NCBI GenBank assembly: GCA_013265495.1
Contig: MU058423.1
Span: 7,884,721 to 7,948,720, forward strand
Direction of reading: 5' to 3'
Length of the DNA: 64,000 nt
Origin: Vicugna vicugna
Taxonomy: Eukaryota
In this document: piece after piece, positions 51,787 to 64,000 of the stretch
Layout: every line of letters begins with the position of its first letter
Numbering within the stretch: position 1 is the first letter of the stretch
The notes under the pieces: model-generated
What the model was told of the DNA's origin: nothing
What the model saw: the letters and a program-made list of their open reading frames with translations, nothing else
Database searches by the model: none
Position numbers and translations under genes: made by a program

Positions 51787-53989
51787 AGAAGAGTTTACAA
51801 CTCACTCTACCCACCAAATCTGGATTAAAGTAATTCAATATTTCATTTCTAGTGATTTGCATTACTTCAAATTCTGTGCACATAGGTGTATCAGTAATGA
51901 GTCATACCACTTACCATTTAAAATTTGCATGTTTTGAATTTACATAAAATCCAACAGAACTTATAGAGGCAACACTTTTGGAAAATTGAGCTCTGAAGGA
52001 GATGAAGAGAGGAATGTTTTTAAAAAGTGAATGTGTGTCAACATCAAATGTATGTGATAAACTCTCCATCACTCTATAAACAAGACATTGGAGTTCATCT
52101 TCCTTCCACGTTCTCAGCATATGAAGTTGCCTCTCCAATAAGAAGTCAGTGGCAAGTTTTTGTGTATAATTAATTCTGGGCACATTGTAAATGATAAATA
52201 AAATGTTTAGTAACCAAGAGATTTCTGGGGAAGGGAACTGTTATCTTTTTTCCTTTTTTTTCTTCTTTTTTTAAAAATAAAGCACAATTGAGAGATGTTA
52301 AAATTGCTTTATAACAGCTTTAAAAAAAACAAATTGGGATTTGGCTTACTTAAGTATACCACACAATCCAACCAGAGATGCCTTCTTAAAAATTACAACA
52401 AAAAAGAGAAAGAAAAAGAGGATGAAAGCAGGATTAATTAGGAAAATGATTCTTAATTGAGACCATGTGGTCCACATCTTTAAATGCCATCCTTTGTAGA
52501 TTTCTTTCCTACAGTTAATAAATAAGCTGGTTTCAGTGTACATATAGGGCTTTACCCTGTTTGAATTTTTAATCCTATTTTAATATGAGTAACTACCATT
52601 TTTTGATTACCTACATTATGTCAGACACAATAGGTACACACACAAGTAATTTAAATTCTCATACAACACTGAAATATAAAAATTATTTCTATTACAAATG
52701 AGAAAGCTCAAGGTCAACAAAACAGAAAAAATGCCCAAAGTCACGTGGTTTATAAATAGCAAAGTTGGGAGAGATGTCTGGACCCAAACTCTGTCTCCTC
52801 TCAAAGACTCTTCCTACAGTGCCAACTTAGAGCTCCAGGATGTGGTACAGGACTAGATGAAGTAGGATGGTGGCAGGAGGTAAGAGAGGAAAAGGAGAAA
52901 CAGCAAAACAAAAAAAAGACATAGTATGTAAGTAGAATCCACATTCCTTATGTGATACCCCACTCCCACTCATGATGCCTGCATTCATTTCCTTCACAAT
53001 TTTCACAAACACAGCCCCAGGAAGTCACTGTATGTGTATGAAAACAAGCTCATGTTTAAAATGATCTTTTCATTGGGTTTTCCAGGTGGTAAAGAATGAA
53101 CCACCATGCTTGAATGTATGAATCAAAACCAGACATATCTTTGCAGTATTAGTATTCATAAAGACTTCTAAAGCGAAAGAAACTGTTGAATACCAATAAT
53201 GAGAAATGCAATGGCAAGTTATTCAAGGAACTTCATAGTGGCTTTATCTCAAGAAAGCAAGTTACTGGAATCTTCTACTTCCTGATCTAAGGTCCCAACA
53301 TGGAGAACAAGCATAAGAACTTGACAAGAATTGGAGATTAGGAAAATTACAACTGCTGGAACAGCCTAATAATGTGAAAATGCAGAACCATCGGGTAACT
53401 TCGTATTTTGGAAAGAATCATCCAAAATGAACTAATCAGATATGAACTGAAGATAAATATTAAGGAAAAATAGCAATGATCTATGTTCCCATGTGACTAT
53501 CAACGTAAGAGCATATATCTGAATTTGTGAAGTTAAAAAAAAATATTTTTGGCAAATTAGGTTGATTTTCAACTTTACAATAAGTAAAGTAAGAATTAAA
53601 ATAAAATGCCTTAAATTCTTTTATATAAACATTTTTAAGTTTGCAATTATGTTTGAGATAATTTTTAATCGTTTTAACATAAGCAAAATAGAGCCAATTA
53701 ATCAATTTAGATAATTATCACCCCCAAAATGCCCACATACTCTTTTATAATAAATTATATAAATTTACTATTTGTTATATGTCTCTTATGAGCCAGGCAC
53801 TGTTTTAGGCTAGATCTAGCCTACTGAGAAGATATGAATAAACCGAACAATCAAATATCCCAGTGCCCATGGAGCTTATATTTCTGAGAGGCAAGAAACA
53901 TCATAAAGAAAGAAATCATGTAGTATATTACAGGTTATGAGTACTATGAACAAAAAAAATGTGGAAAAAGAGTAGAAGCATGTCCAGCT

Positions 53990-54268
53990 CATCTTCCCAA
54001 CTCCAGGCTCACCGTCAGATCCTTATCTATGGACCCCCAGAGGAAGCAGCCACGTAGAGGCAAAACACTTTCCGTAGACTTTTCCATGAACAGCTTCTTC
54101 AGATTTCCGCCAGCGACCGTGTGTGCTTGGCTTCTCAGATTTAAGCTCCCTTTCCAGATCTTTTTGTCCCTGGTCCTCCCACATTTGTGTAAGGCTCATT
54201 TCCTATAGTAAATCTCTAATTCCATAAAATCATCATAACTCTGCTTCCTCAACTGAACTCTACCATAG
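53990..54268 (+). mobile_element. ERVL-type LTR 3' portion (LTR41/LTR52-like)
   Basis: ttcctatagtaaatctctaattccata...ctctgcttcctcaactgaactct resembles ERVL LTR U5 ends; judged from memory. Confidence 0.45.
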
Positions 54269-54633
54269 AATCCCATTCTTCACAGTGCAGTTAAAATGTT
54301 TTTCTCTAAGGACAAACTGTGATCATGTTCTTTGTCTGTTGAAAGCAACCAATGAAGCCCCTACTTCCTTCAGGATAAAGTCCTAGTTTTGAAAAACAGA
54401 CTTTACCAGTCCTTCACGGTCTGACCTCAACCTATTTAAACAGGCTTATCTCTCTCTGATCCAAAGGGAGAGACTCTTTCTCATCTCTGGGTTATCAAAC
54501 TTGTCGTCTCCTTCCCTGGAGCATTCCCCTCCCTCATCTTTCATTTGATAAATCTGTTAAATCTTCACCCCTATTCTTAGGTAAACTCTCTTACTGCCAA
54601 TATCACTAGTCAGGTTTTAGTGCCATATAGAGG

Positions 54634-55155
54634 TGTATTAGTTATCTATTTCTGTTCTAAAAATGACTGCAAACTTGGAGGATTAAAACTACACACATTT
54701 ACTGTCTCATAGCTTCTGCGGGTCAAGCGCTACATCTGCTTCTTCAGGCTCTCTCTCACATAGCTACAACCGAGGGGGCAGCCAGTGCTGCCATCCCATC
54801 TAAAACCCTGACTGGGAAGTATCTAGGATCACACGGTTGTTGGCAAGATTCTACTCCTTACAGGTTGTTGGACTGACAGCTTCAGTTCCTTGCTGACCAT
54901 TGGCCAGAGGCCAGCCTCAGCTCATTGCCATGTGGAAGCTCTCCATTTAGCTTGCTTCATCGAAGCCTGCACAGGAGTCAGCTGCCAAGACAAAAGTGAG
55001 AATATTTTGAAACCTAGTAACAGAAGTGGCATCCCCTCAACGCTGAGGTACGGTGTTGGTTAGAAGTAAATTACTCAGGGGAGGGAATTACACAAGGCCA
55101 TGAATACCAGGAGGTGGAAATTATTGGATCAACTCAGAGACTGCCTACCGGAACA
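54634..55155 (-). mobile_element. Solo MaLR LTR (MLT1F-like)
   Basis: TGTATTAGTTATCTATT...cacacatttactgtctcatagcttctg...cacaaggccatgaataccaggaggtgg...ACA. TSD AGAGG (54629-54633) / AGAGT (55156-55160). Confidence 0.85.
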
Positions 55156-56904
55156 AGAGTTGTGCTGGAATATCTATGGTAAGTTTCCATTGGTTGTCAA
55201 GTGCAGGTTTGTGGTGGCTCAGGCTAGCCTAGAAGCTCAGTGACAAACTGGCTGGAAGACACACTTTATGAACTGAGGTTGCCTCACAGAGGTCTTAAGT
55301 TCATCTTATCTAAACATATTTAAAATACTTGAGTAGTGGTAAGTAGTACTAGATTTTAGTGAATGCTAATAATATTACAAAAAAAAAAAGCAAAAAGAAA
55401 GACTCAAGGAGTGAATCCATCACATGGTTTACAATAATAAACACACAGCGCTCATTTGTGATACGTGCAGGGTGCAGATCAGCTACGGCTCTAACTCAGG
55501 CTCTGGCTCTGTTCCATGGGCTTCTGTGCCAAGACCCAGACAAGCAATTACACTGATCTGGAACAGCCCCTTCTTGAGACAGTGGAAAAGACCAAAAGCA
55601 CTACTGGAGACTTAGGATGCCTGTTAAACCATTTGCCAAATAGTTAGGAGAGTACAGAGTGGGCATTCCAAGAAGGAAGGACAGCATGTGCAAAAGCACA
55701 GAGTCAATGACAAGCACGAGAACAGTTAAGAGTTTTAAGAGCAGTTGACAACACAGGGAAGTGGAGTTTCAGTGGGAGGACGTGAATCCTTACAACGGCT
55801 CCCCGTATTGCACAGATTTATGCAAAGCTTTTTCCTATCTCTGGCCTTTGGAGAACAGTAATATTTCTGTTTACTTTTTTTAAGTAAATATGTTAGTAAA
55901 ACCAAAAAGAAAAAAAAAAGAGATGTTTAAAAAATAACAAACTCCACTTTAGTGATATAAGCTCAAAGTTTATTTTCTCCTATTAGTTTAAGATTTTAAT
56001 TATGTGCAAAAGTTGCCTTAAAGTGCATGATCAACAAAAAGTATGGAAGAAAAATCCAAAAATCTCAGAGATATAAATATATAACCAAATATCATTAAGA
56101 GTCACAGAGAAGATGTGTTTCTGTTTCCATACCAAAAAGGTGCTGTATTTTCAGATTTAGTGAGTCCGGATAACTGGAGGAGGGTGGAAATGAGATAAAA
56201 TGGTATGGCTTGACTGAAATGTGCCATACTTAATCCAGAGCTACTCTATGGTTCATAAGGATTCAACCTAGCTACCAGATTTACCACTCTGATGAAAATT
56301 TCAAGTTGAATCAGGAAAGTAGTAGGTCAATTTTAGCTACAGTTGACTTTTCCTACTGAGCTAACCAAACCAAAGTTATCTGATGCTATGTACACAACAT
56401 TATTGGGGGAAAAAAAATGTTCACCTAATGTAACACATCTCAAAAGCTACTGATCATTTATGTTCAAAGACTTCAAAATAAACCCTAAATACAAGACTCT
56501 ATTTCTTGTTCCCAATTTTAAGGGTTAGAGAAGTTCAGCATTACAGTGGAAATTAAGACTTACATGAAGTTTTCTGTAAAAAAGTACTGTCTTACGGCTT
56601 AAAGGTTCAAAGTTCCTATGAAAATGAGAGGACGCTGACATTTATTTAGTGCTCTCATTGTTGAGCTTCTCCCAAGTGTCAAATCCTTTAATTCTGTGAG
56701 ATAAACTTTATCCTTCTCATTTTACAAATGTAAACACTGAAGGTCAGAAATTTTTTTCTACCTTGCTTAGTCACAAAGTAAGTGGTGACCTTTCGATGTT
56801 AAAAACCATGCTGTCTCCATTCCACTGAGCTATCATCACTACCATTGTTCTAAGCTGGATGGAAAGCGGGTCTGGGCCCAAAGAACATTTAGCTGTCTTC
56901 TAAC

Positions 56905-57018
56905 TAGAGTGGCCAACCATCCCAGCTTGCCCCAGACTATTCTGGTTTTAGCACCCAGGTTTCCTACATCCCAGGAAATGCCTCAATTCTGGACACACAG
57001 AGACTGTGGGTCACTTTA
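56905..57018. mobile_element. MER81-like hAT-Blackjack MITE (114 bp)
   Basis: Degenerate terminal inverted repeats TAGAGTGGCCA...GGGTCACTTTA; internal ggttttagcac and cccagcttgccc. Confidence 0.78.
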
Positions 57019-57414
57019 ACAAGCTATCCTCTGAAACTCATGTTGGTTTATATACAGCAGCACAGAGTGGTCCAGGGCCCCTGTAAGTACAAGCTGCATA
57101 CATGGGTGCCAAAGAGAAGAGGGGGAGATCTATTGTGAAGTACAGCTGTTTCTTCTGCTGGGTCTTTTTCTGACATAAAGACATCTTTGCCTTCCTTGGT
57201 TCCTCTTACCTCCTTTACCATTCACATTCACATCACCTGGCAGACCAGCTATTGGACTAACAGAATGCATCTGGAACACCTTAATGTTTTATTAGTGCTT
57301 TAATATACTAAAGTGAACCAGCCATCACTGGTACAACAGTTCTCTGAGTATTAAGGCTGCTGCTAAAATGGTGCTTGTAGACAGTCATCTGGACTTTCAC
57401 TTAGAGTGAACTAG

Positions 57415-57511
57415 GGTCAGGAGTACAGCTCAGTGGTAAAGCACATGCTTGGAATACACGAGGTGCCGGGTTCAATCCGCAGTGCCTCCGTTAACGAAAA
57501 AGAAAAAAAAG
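57415..57511 (+). mobile_element. Short tRNA-Ala-derived retroposon (short vic-1-type SINE or tRNA retrocopy)
   Basis: A box CAGCTCAGTGG, B box GGTTCAATCC and an A-rich tail. TSD TAGAGTGAACTAG (57402-57414) / TAAAGTGAGCTAG (57512-57524). Confidence 0.85.
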
Positions 57512-60500
57512 TAAAGTGAGCTAGATGGCCTTGTTCAGGCCTACATTCCGACAGACTGAAGGGGTGTTGGCTTATGCAATGTGGCATCTGGAATACTGGT
57601 CAGGCCTTCAGATCCCAAGTATCTCCACCTCTGTCTTACAATGTACCTGAAATGCTACCATGAGTAGAGGTTTGAAGAGGATGACCTAGGACAGGAGGCA
57701 GGCACTCTGGGAGGTGGGAGAGAAGCGGTGCCTCTTGCAATTTGGCAGAAAGCCAGCCCCATCCTTATTGCAGGTGCAATAAATGTGCTTTTTCAGCAGT
57801 TTCTGCAAAGGTGAACTACAAGCCAGCGAGTCAAAAGTATTACAGATTCATTTGTTTTGTGAGGTTTTTGGTCTAAGCTCATTTTAAATTTTTAGGCAGT
57901 ATCTGGTAGAAAAAGTTACTCCAACTAGAAAAATACGTTTTTTATTTTAAAACAACTTTACTGAGTGGGTCAATTCTCTGGAGAAATTATAGCTGTTTTC
58001 ATTATTTAAGTCAAAGTTTTCTATTCCTATAGGAGCTATATTTAATCAACTCATATGATCTCTTTTGGACTGACAAAATACTATAAAATATTTACCTTTA
58101 TCCCTGGCAATGTTTATGGTCTCTTTGTATAACTTAAACAACAGTTACATTGTAGCATAATGAGGATATTTTCCAAATCTTAAGTTGAATGCTCAACCCT
58201 AAGAAAAGAATGAAGCCAAAGGTATAGGAGAATTACAAAAACAGTTTCATACCTATATTGTATACCAGACAGTTCATTACAAGAACCCTCTTTAACAAGG
58301 AAAATCTATTGTTAACACTGTGGTTTATAGTGCTTAAACCACAGTTACACAAACTTTGCTTTTGTGGGATCATGAATTTTTTATTTTCAATGCCTTGTAA
58401 CACTGTAGTTGAAAAAATGTGCTACAGCCACCCTATTGCCCACATCAAAAAGTAGAAAGGAATATTTATAGATGAACTTCCCAAGTAGGTGGATGATCTT
58501 ACTTAAAAAATAAATAAAATTGAAAAGAAAGGACTAAGTCAAATTAGGCTTGGAGAATCACAATGTATATGAGCATAATAAAGCTCTCAGATTCCTGATG
58601 AAATATTTAAACAACTAACAATGACAACAAAATAATATTTGATTTCAGAATCCTAGTCAACATTATTGCTTTGGAATACATTTGGAAAATATTTATAAGA
58701 GTCAAATATTTGCAAGCATGTTTGTATTATAAAATCATAGATGCAGAATCAGTATAGTTATTAATATAGACTTATGTCCATTCTAAGAGTGTGCTAGGTG
58801 TCCCTGGAAAGCTGCAGAATTAATTAAGACTTTAAATTGTTATTTAACACCTTACATCAGAGTCTAGGTCAGCGATCTGAAAACGCTGAAGCAACTCCCC
58901 GGTCTCCTCAAGCCAGCTTACCTGGGGACGCCAGCGGCTTACCGTGGGGCCTCGGTAACTCTCTCAGATACAGAGAGCCTGTTTCCTCCTGCTCTGCTAA
59001 ACTGGTTAACCTGGGACACAAGGCAAAGCAGCAGTGCCTCAAAGAGCAATGGGCTCCGTTAGGGCTGATACTGGGTCAACAGGCATCTTTCCAGAGAACT
59101 TGATGGGGAGAATGTCACCAGTCATGTATCAGTCTTCTCTACCTAACCCTCCACCCAGAGAAAAATCTTGATAAAATGTCTGTTGAGGAGAAAAGATTAG
59201 TATTTACTTAATAGTCCATCTATGATTTATAGGACTTTTATTAAGTCTACTTTTGTTTTAATGTGTTTTTTTAATGGATGTAATTCTATCTTCAATCCAT
59301 CAGATGTACAATAAGACAAACAAGAATAAGGTCCCAATTTATATTCTTTAGGTAGTAAGAAACTCTCATTACTGAGTTAGAAAAGAGGCACCCCAATAAA
59401 AATCACCAGACAAAGAAGCTATAAATAATACATTTCATTCATTTATTTTTAAACCCATTTGTCAAAGGTGACAGAGTTTTTATGTATTACTAATGACCCT
59501 CTGAGGAAATACCCTTCTCTAAATTGCTTCATTAAAATTATAATATTCCAAAACTCACTACAAGAGAACATAATAGGAAATGACTCATAGGAGGTATTTT
59601 CTCATCACAAAGTGGTTCAGCTTCCTTCAAAATATACTTTCTATGTATACTGCACAGCCTTGAAAGCAAGAAACCACCGCAGTAACTCCAGCGTGGTTCA
59701 GTCAATCAGCTATGACACTGCACTATCAGTGAGAACCACTTGATGACAGATTCAAATTACAATTCTAGGCCACAGATAAATAACTGTTTTAAAATAAATA
59801 TTTTAGTACATGAGGGGGAAATGTGTCAAATAATTATTTGTCTGTGTGACTTTAACAAATCAACAGCCAATAATTTCCTAATAGGTAATTTTTTAAATTT
59901 GCAAATAATGTTCAAGAAAATTTTACCATGATGCTAGTTTTAAATTTAACATATGACTAGATGTTTAAAGTCAGAAAGCTTTCAAATTTTTCCAGTTCAG
60001 CAAACTTTACTGAGAACATACTACATAGTAAGAACCATACTAGACAAGGCTTACTACAGAAATTAATAAAAGCCCTTATGATATTATTTTCTAGTAACAC
60101 AGCATATTATTTTAAATACAGGAAGATAGCTTTGATGCATGAGGCATCTATGCAAATGTTTGACTCATAAAGAGAAAATGGGCATAATAATGATGGAAAT
60201 TTTCTTTACCTAACTCTATCAGTTTTTAACTGATACATTTTCCTGCACTACATAATACAGAATATATAAATTTATCATCAAACTAGAGTGCTGTGTTTTG
60301 AAACCACAAAAGACAACATTTTAAACTCGTTTTGGATTTAATGTCAATTTTATGATTCTTTCTAAAACATTTGTTTTCTGACTTTGAAAAAAAAGTTTTA
60401 TTTCAATTCATTCAAACAACACAACTTATAAAATGGACCTGTCAGTAGTTTTTAAAGCCAATAGCCTTCTCTTTCTTTCTTTGAGGTCTTTCTTGCATAC

Positions 60501-62349
60501 AGCCCAATCTTATTTCAGTTTTCTTGAGCAGCCAAAAAAGCAATATGCTCGTGAGAACACTGCTGGGAACAGTAATTGAATGAATCAAGTCTGAATCCTT
60601 ACCCAGTTCAGGTCCAGCAAATAGATGACATTTAAGAATAACTATTTCCCCTTTGTAGCTGTATTAGTTGCAGTACCTTCAGCAATTTAAAAGTATTCCA
60701 AAGTCGCTTGAATTTTCAAGAAGCATCTGGCTGAGAAACAGTTACTAAGGATGCCTGTTTTGGTTTTCGTTGGTTCTTTTTTTCTTTTTGAATTACAAAC
60801 CCTAATTTTTCATATAGGAATTTGACCACTTCAGTCAAAACTATCTAAAGTATGGCAAGCAGGTAAGGCTTCAAATACATGTTTGTTTATGCTGTTGTTG
60901 TTTCTGCTAAGAATAACAATGGAGCTGATTCTAGTTTAGAAAAGTCATAACTAGCTTAAACCCACAAACTACAACCAAACTTATTTTCACAGAACTTTCA
61001 GTCTACAAACCCAATCTATATTCTCTAATATGATCTGGGGACTCAATCCCCTATTGGGAACAAGAAGATACTGAAAATTTATACAACATGTACAATAGGA
61101 AATGGTGTTTTGTTTCCTTTCATGTTCCCTTCTAATTTATCTCCTTTATTGAAGTGCACCTAATAACTTACAAAAGGAAACCAAAGTAAATAAGTAGATA
61201 AAAAGTCCTGACAATCTATCCTTGCCAGGAAAATGCAGTGTACTGCCTTGTCTATGGAGCTGGCTCCAAAACAGAAGAACAAATTAATCTCAGTATTTTA
61301 GAGAACCAAGAAGAAGAGAGCTGCACATTTCTTCTGAATTATGCATAAGGCTTAAGTAGAGGGTGCACACCTCACTCCCTTCTCAGCTATTACATATGAA
61401 TGAGTGAGTTTATCTAGGCATCAGAGAGGTAGAATAAAAACACTCTGGAATTCTTAAACTTTTATTTTGGAAATTGCAAAAGTCAGCTGATACTAGTTTC
61501 TAAGAGGTATTCAATCTGTAAAGGATATCGCCCTCCTGTTTTACTATAGACGTATTTGCTAAAAAAAAGAAAAACTCTGTTCCTACGAGAGCAATGCCAC
61601 CATCCTTGTGTAAGAAATCTTACTAGGTTACAGATGTAGTTAACCGTTCCTGCAATTGATGTGTACTTACTCTCTTTATCACCCGACATATCTTTCTTAG
61701 CTAATATACCCCATACTTGGTATTACTGAAATGCATAGTCACCTATACCTCAGCCTACACATATCACTTAGCTTAGAGGACAAGATAAGCTAAGTAGATA
61801 AAGAGTCTCCCATTATTTCTTTGCTACTTTCCATTATGGGTTTGGGGGACTCAGAATGACAGTCAGGATCTTAACCAGCTGACATAACATAACTGCTGGC
61901 AGGTAAGATTCAGGCCAGGCAGAGAAGCCTTCCTCAGAGTCTGAGTCTTCAGAAAAGCAAGGCCCCTTCCTGCCAGGTGCAGAGAGAATATGGTCGTTTG
62001 CATGGATATTCCTTATTGATATTTAACAGCACTATACATTCCAGGAGGTTTAGATCTTTATCTGCTACCTGCATGTGGCTTTTTTAAATAAAAAAATAAA
62101 AAAGTTTTTTGCTGAAAAAAAATTTATTTATAAAACATTTAGTTAAGTTTCTCTCTCTCAAGTCTTCCAGACTTTGTATCTAGCTGAGAATGTCTTCTTC
62201 ACTAAAATAATAAATAGACCTAAAATGTGCCCATGTCTGTTGCCTCCAACTCCTTCATTATTGGTCTAGTTGAGTGCTGCCCCCTCCCGCTCCCAAGAAT
62301 GTAGCCAGGCCTTGTTCTTTACATTCCGGCAACAATGAAAGGCTGAGTC

Positions 62350-62722
62350 TCCTGCCTTTGCCAGGCCATGCCTCACCTGCATGACTACTCATGCTGCCTC
62401 CCCGTAATTAGAACATCGTTCCCTCCTCTCCCTCACTCCATCTGGTTAACTCCACACATCCTTAAAGCTTCCACTAAAGTGCCATTTTCTCCAGGAAGAC
62501 TTTCTCACCCCCGCCCCCCAACACCTTCACGTCTTACTCTGTATCCCGCAATGCTATGTGCTTAGTAATCCATTCCATATCTGTCCCTCCCATATGACAG
62601 TGAATTGTCTGTCACAGAGAAGTGTCCCTTGGTCAGCCGTGTATCTGAGCCCTTTACACAGAATATGGAGCATAAAAGGAGGTCAAGAGATATTTAACAA
62701 CTAAATGAATAAATGAACAAAA
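62350..62722 (+). mobile_element. L2 3' region
   Basis: ttctccaggaagactttctc...catctgtccctcccatatgacagtgaa...gatatttaacaactaaatgaataaatgaa. Confidence 0.6.
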
Positions 62723-63524
62723 TGAAGAGTTTACAAAACTACCAGAACAGCCTGGACAGAAGTCTAACATTTCAGTCAAACCCATAATACACAATTAAGA
62801 AAGCTACCAATTCCAAGCCTATATAAGATGATTTTGAAAGCAAATCCCAGTTTCATATATCCATAGCGCTCATATTTTCTCTTTATTGTAATTTTCTTCT
62901 GAAATACTGTGCAAGAATTGGAGGCTGAATCCTTCAGGACATCAGTGGATCTCTTATTACATTACTCTGAAAAAGATTACTTTGTGCTTTACACTTACTT
63001 ATGAAAACTGCTTTCTTCCCTCCTCCTCAATGAAGTCCCAAAAGTGTTTCTAGAAAAACCTAGATAAACTTAATTTACCAAAGACACCAAAGGGGGTTTT
63101 ACTATATGAAAAAAAGCACAGTGAAAATTTCTGAAGTATATACTTTGGAGGAATTATTGTATTAGAATATAAGACATTTTAGAAAATAAAGCTCTCATCT
63201 AGAAATTCAGACTTTTTATGTATTCAAAATAATTTTAGAACCAAAAAGAATAAAGTATCTTTGAGTTCAATGGCACTAATTATGACCTACATTGTAGTAT
63301 TTAAACTTTTTTTCTAGCCTCGGTGTATATACTTTAGATACAGCTATCTCTAAAAAATAAATACACCTTCAATGTATATGGCATAGCACTAATAATAGCA
63401 ATAATAATATTATTACTAGCAGTTATATAGAACTTTACACATAGAAAAACTTCTTGAATAATGTGTATATAATACATATATTCATACATATATGCATGAT
63501 ACACATGATACACATACAAATTCA

Positions 63525-63720
63525 TTTAAACTTCAAAAACCAACTTTATGAGTAGGTGCCATTGTTTCACCTTTTTTTGTTAATCAAAGAGAAAATGAGG
63601 TACAAAATATTTAAGGATCTTGTTTCAGGACATACAACTGAAAACTGGCAGAGGTGACATGAACCCAGGCACCCTGGCTCCTGGGTGATTCCACTGACAC
63701 CCACATGCTCCTCAGCCTCT
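63525..63720 (-). mobile_element. MIR SINE
   Basis: caactttatgagtaggtgccattgtttcacc...gaaaatgaggtacaaa...gaacccaggc. Confidence 0.6.
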
Positions 63721-64000
63721 CATTACTGGAATTATAGACACTGATGGATCTGGGTCCAAATCTGAGCCCCAGTACCTTAATCATGAAAGTTTCCAGTATA
63801 TTGCCTGGTGCACAGTAAGTGGTTAATAAATGTTAATTCCTTTCTCTCTGGTTGTCCCACAGAAACCTCAAATTTAAAATGTCACAAGGCAAATCTCCAA
63901 ATCCTTGCTGCTTCTTCCATATGCTTTAACACTGGGAGAAATTAACATGTACCCAATAACCTCAATATAATCCTCTACTGTTCTCTCTCTGTCCTCTACC

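Noticed and set aside
51911..52183. 90-aa minus-strand ORF ending at a GGTAAGT donor-like site
   Set aside because: No recognisable protein similarity or partner exons; the donor 7-mer is expected by chance.
60603..60730. Minus-strand exon-like segment with AG/GT ends
   Set aside because: Stop codons in all three frames and no other support.

Overview
AT-rich mammalian genomic DNA, very probably from a camelid (alpaca/llama/camel). That assignment rests on two tRNA-Ala-derived vic-1-type SINEs and camelid-type L1 3' ends. The only protein-coding content I can support is the 3' end of OLFM3 (olfactomedin-3/noelin-3/optimedin) on the + strand: a 107-bp penultimate coding exon (9863-9969), the terminal coding exon (11074-11751, olfactomedin domain, ending ...TEDDT*) and a ~2.2-kb 3' UTR ending near 13985. 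Upstream is intron; downstream is ~50 kb of apparently gene-free DNA filled with L1, L2, MIR, LTR and hAT repeats. I see no clearly new biological system. The best leads are: a candidate in-frame 27-nt neural-type microexon in the last OLFM3 intron; a candidate stop-containing alternative exon at ~1064; a near-perfect 46-bp palindrome; an L1 whose 5' UTR is fused directly to the RT region; a 143-bp L1 with a 22-bp twin-priming inversion; and a small CpG-retaining island with minus-strand splice donors. Repeat family names come from my recollection of consensus sequences, not from a search, and repeat boundaries without target-site duplications (TSDs) are approximate.
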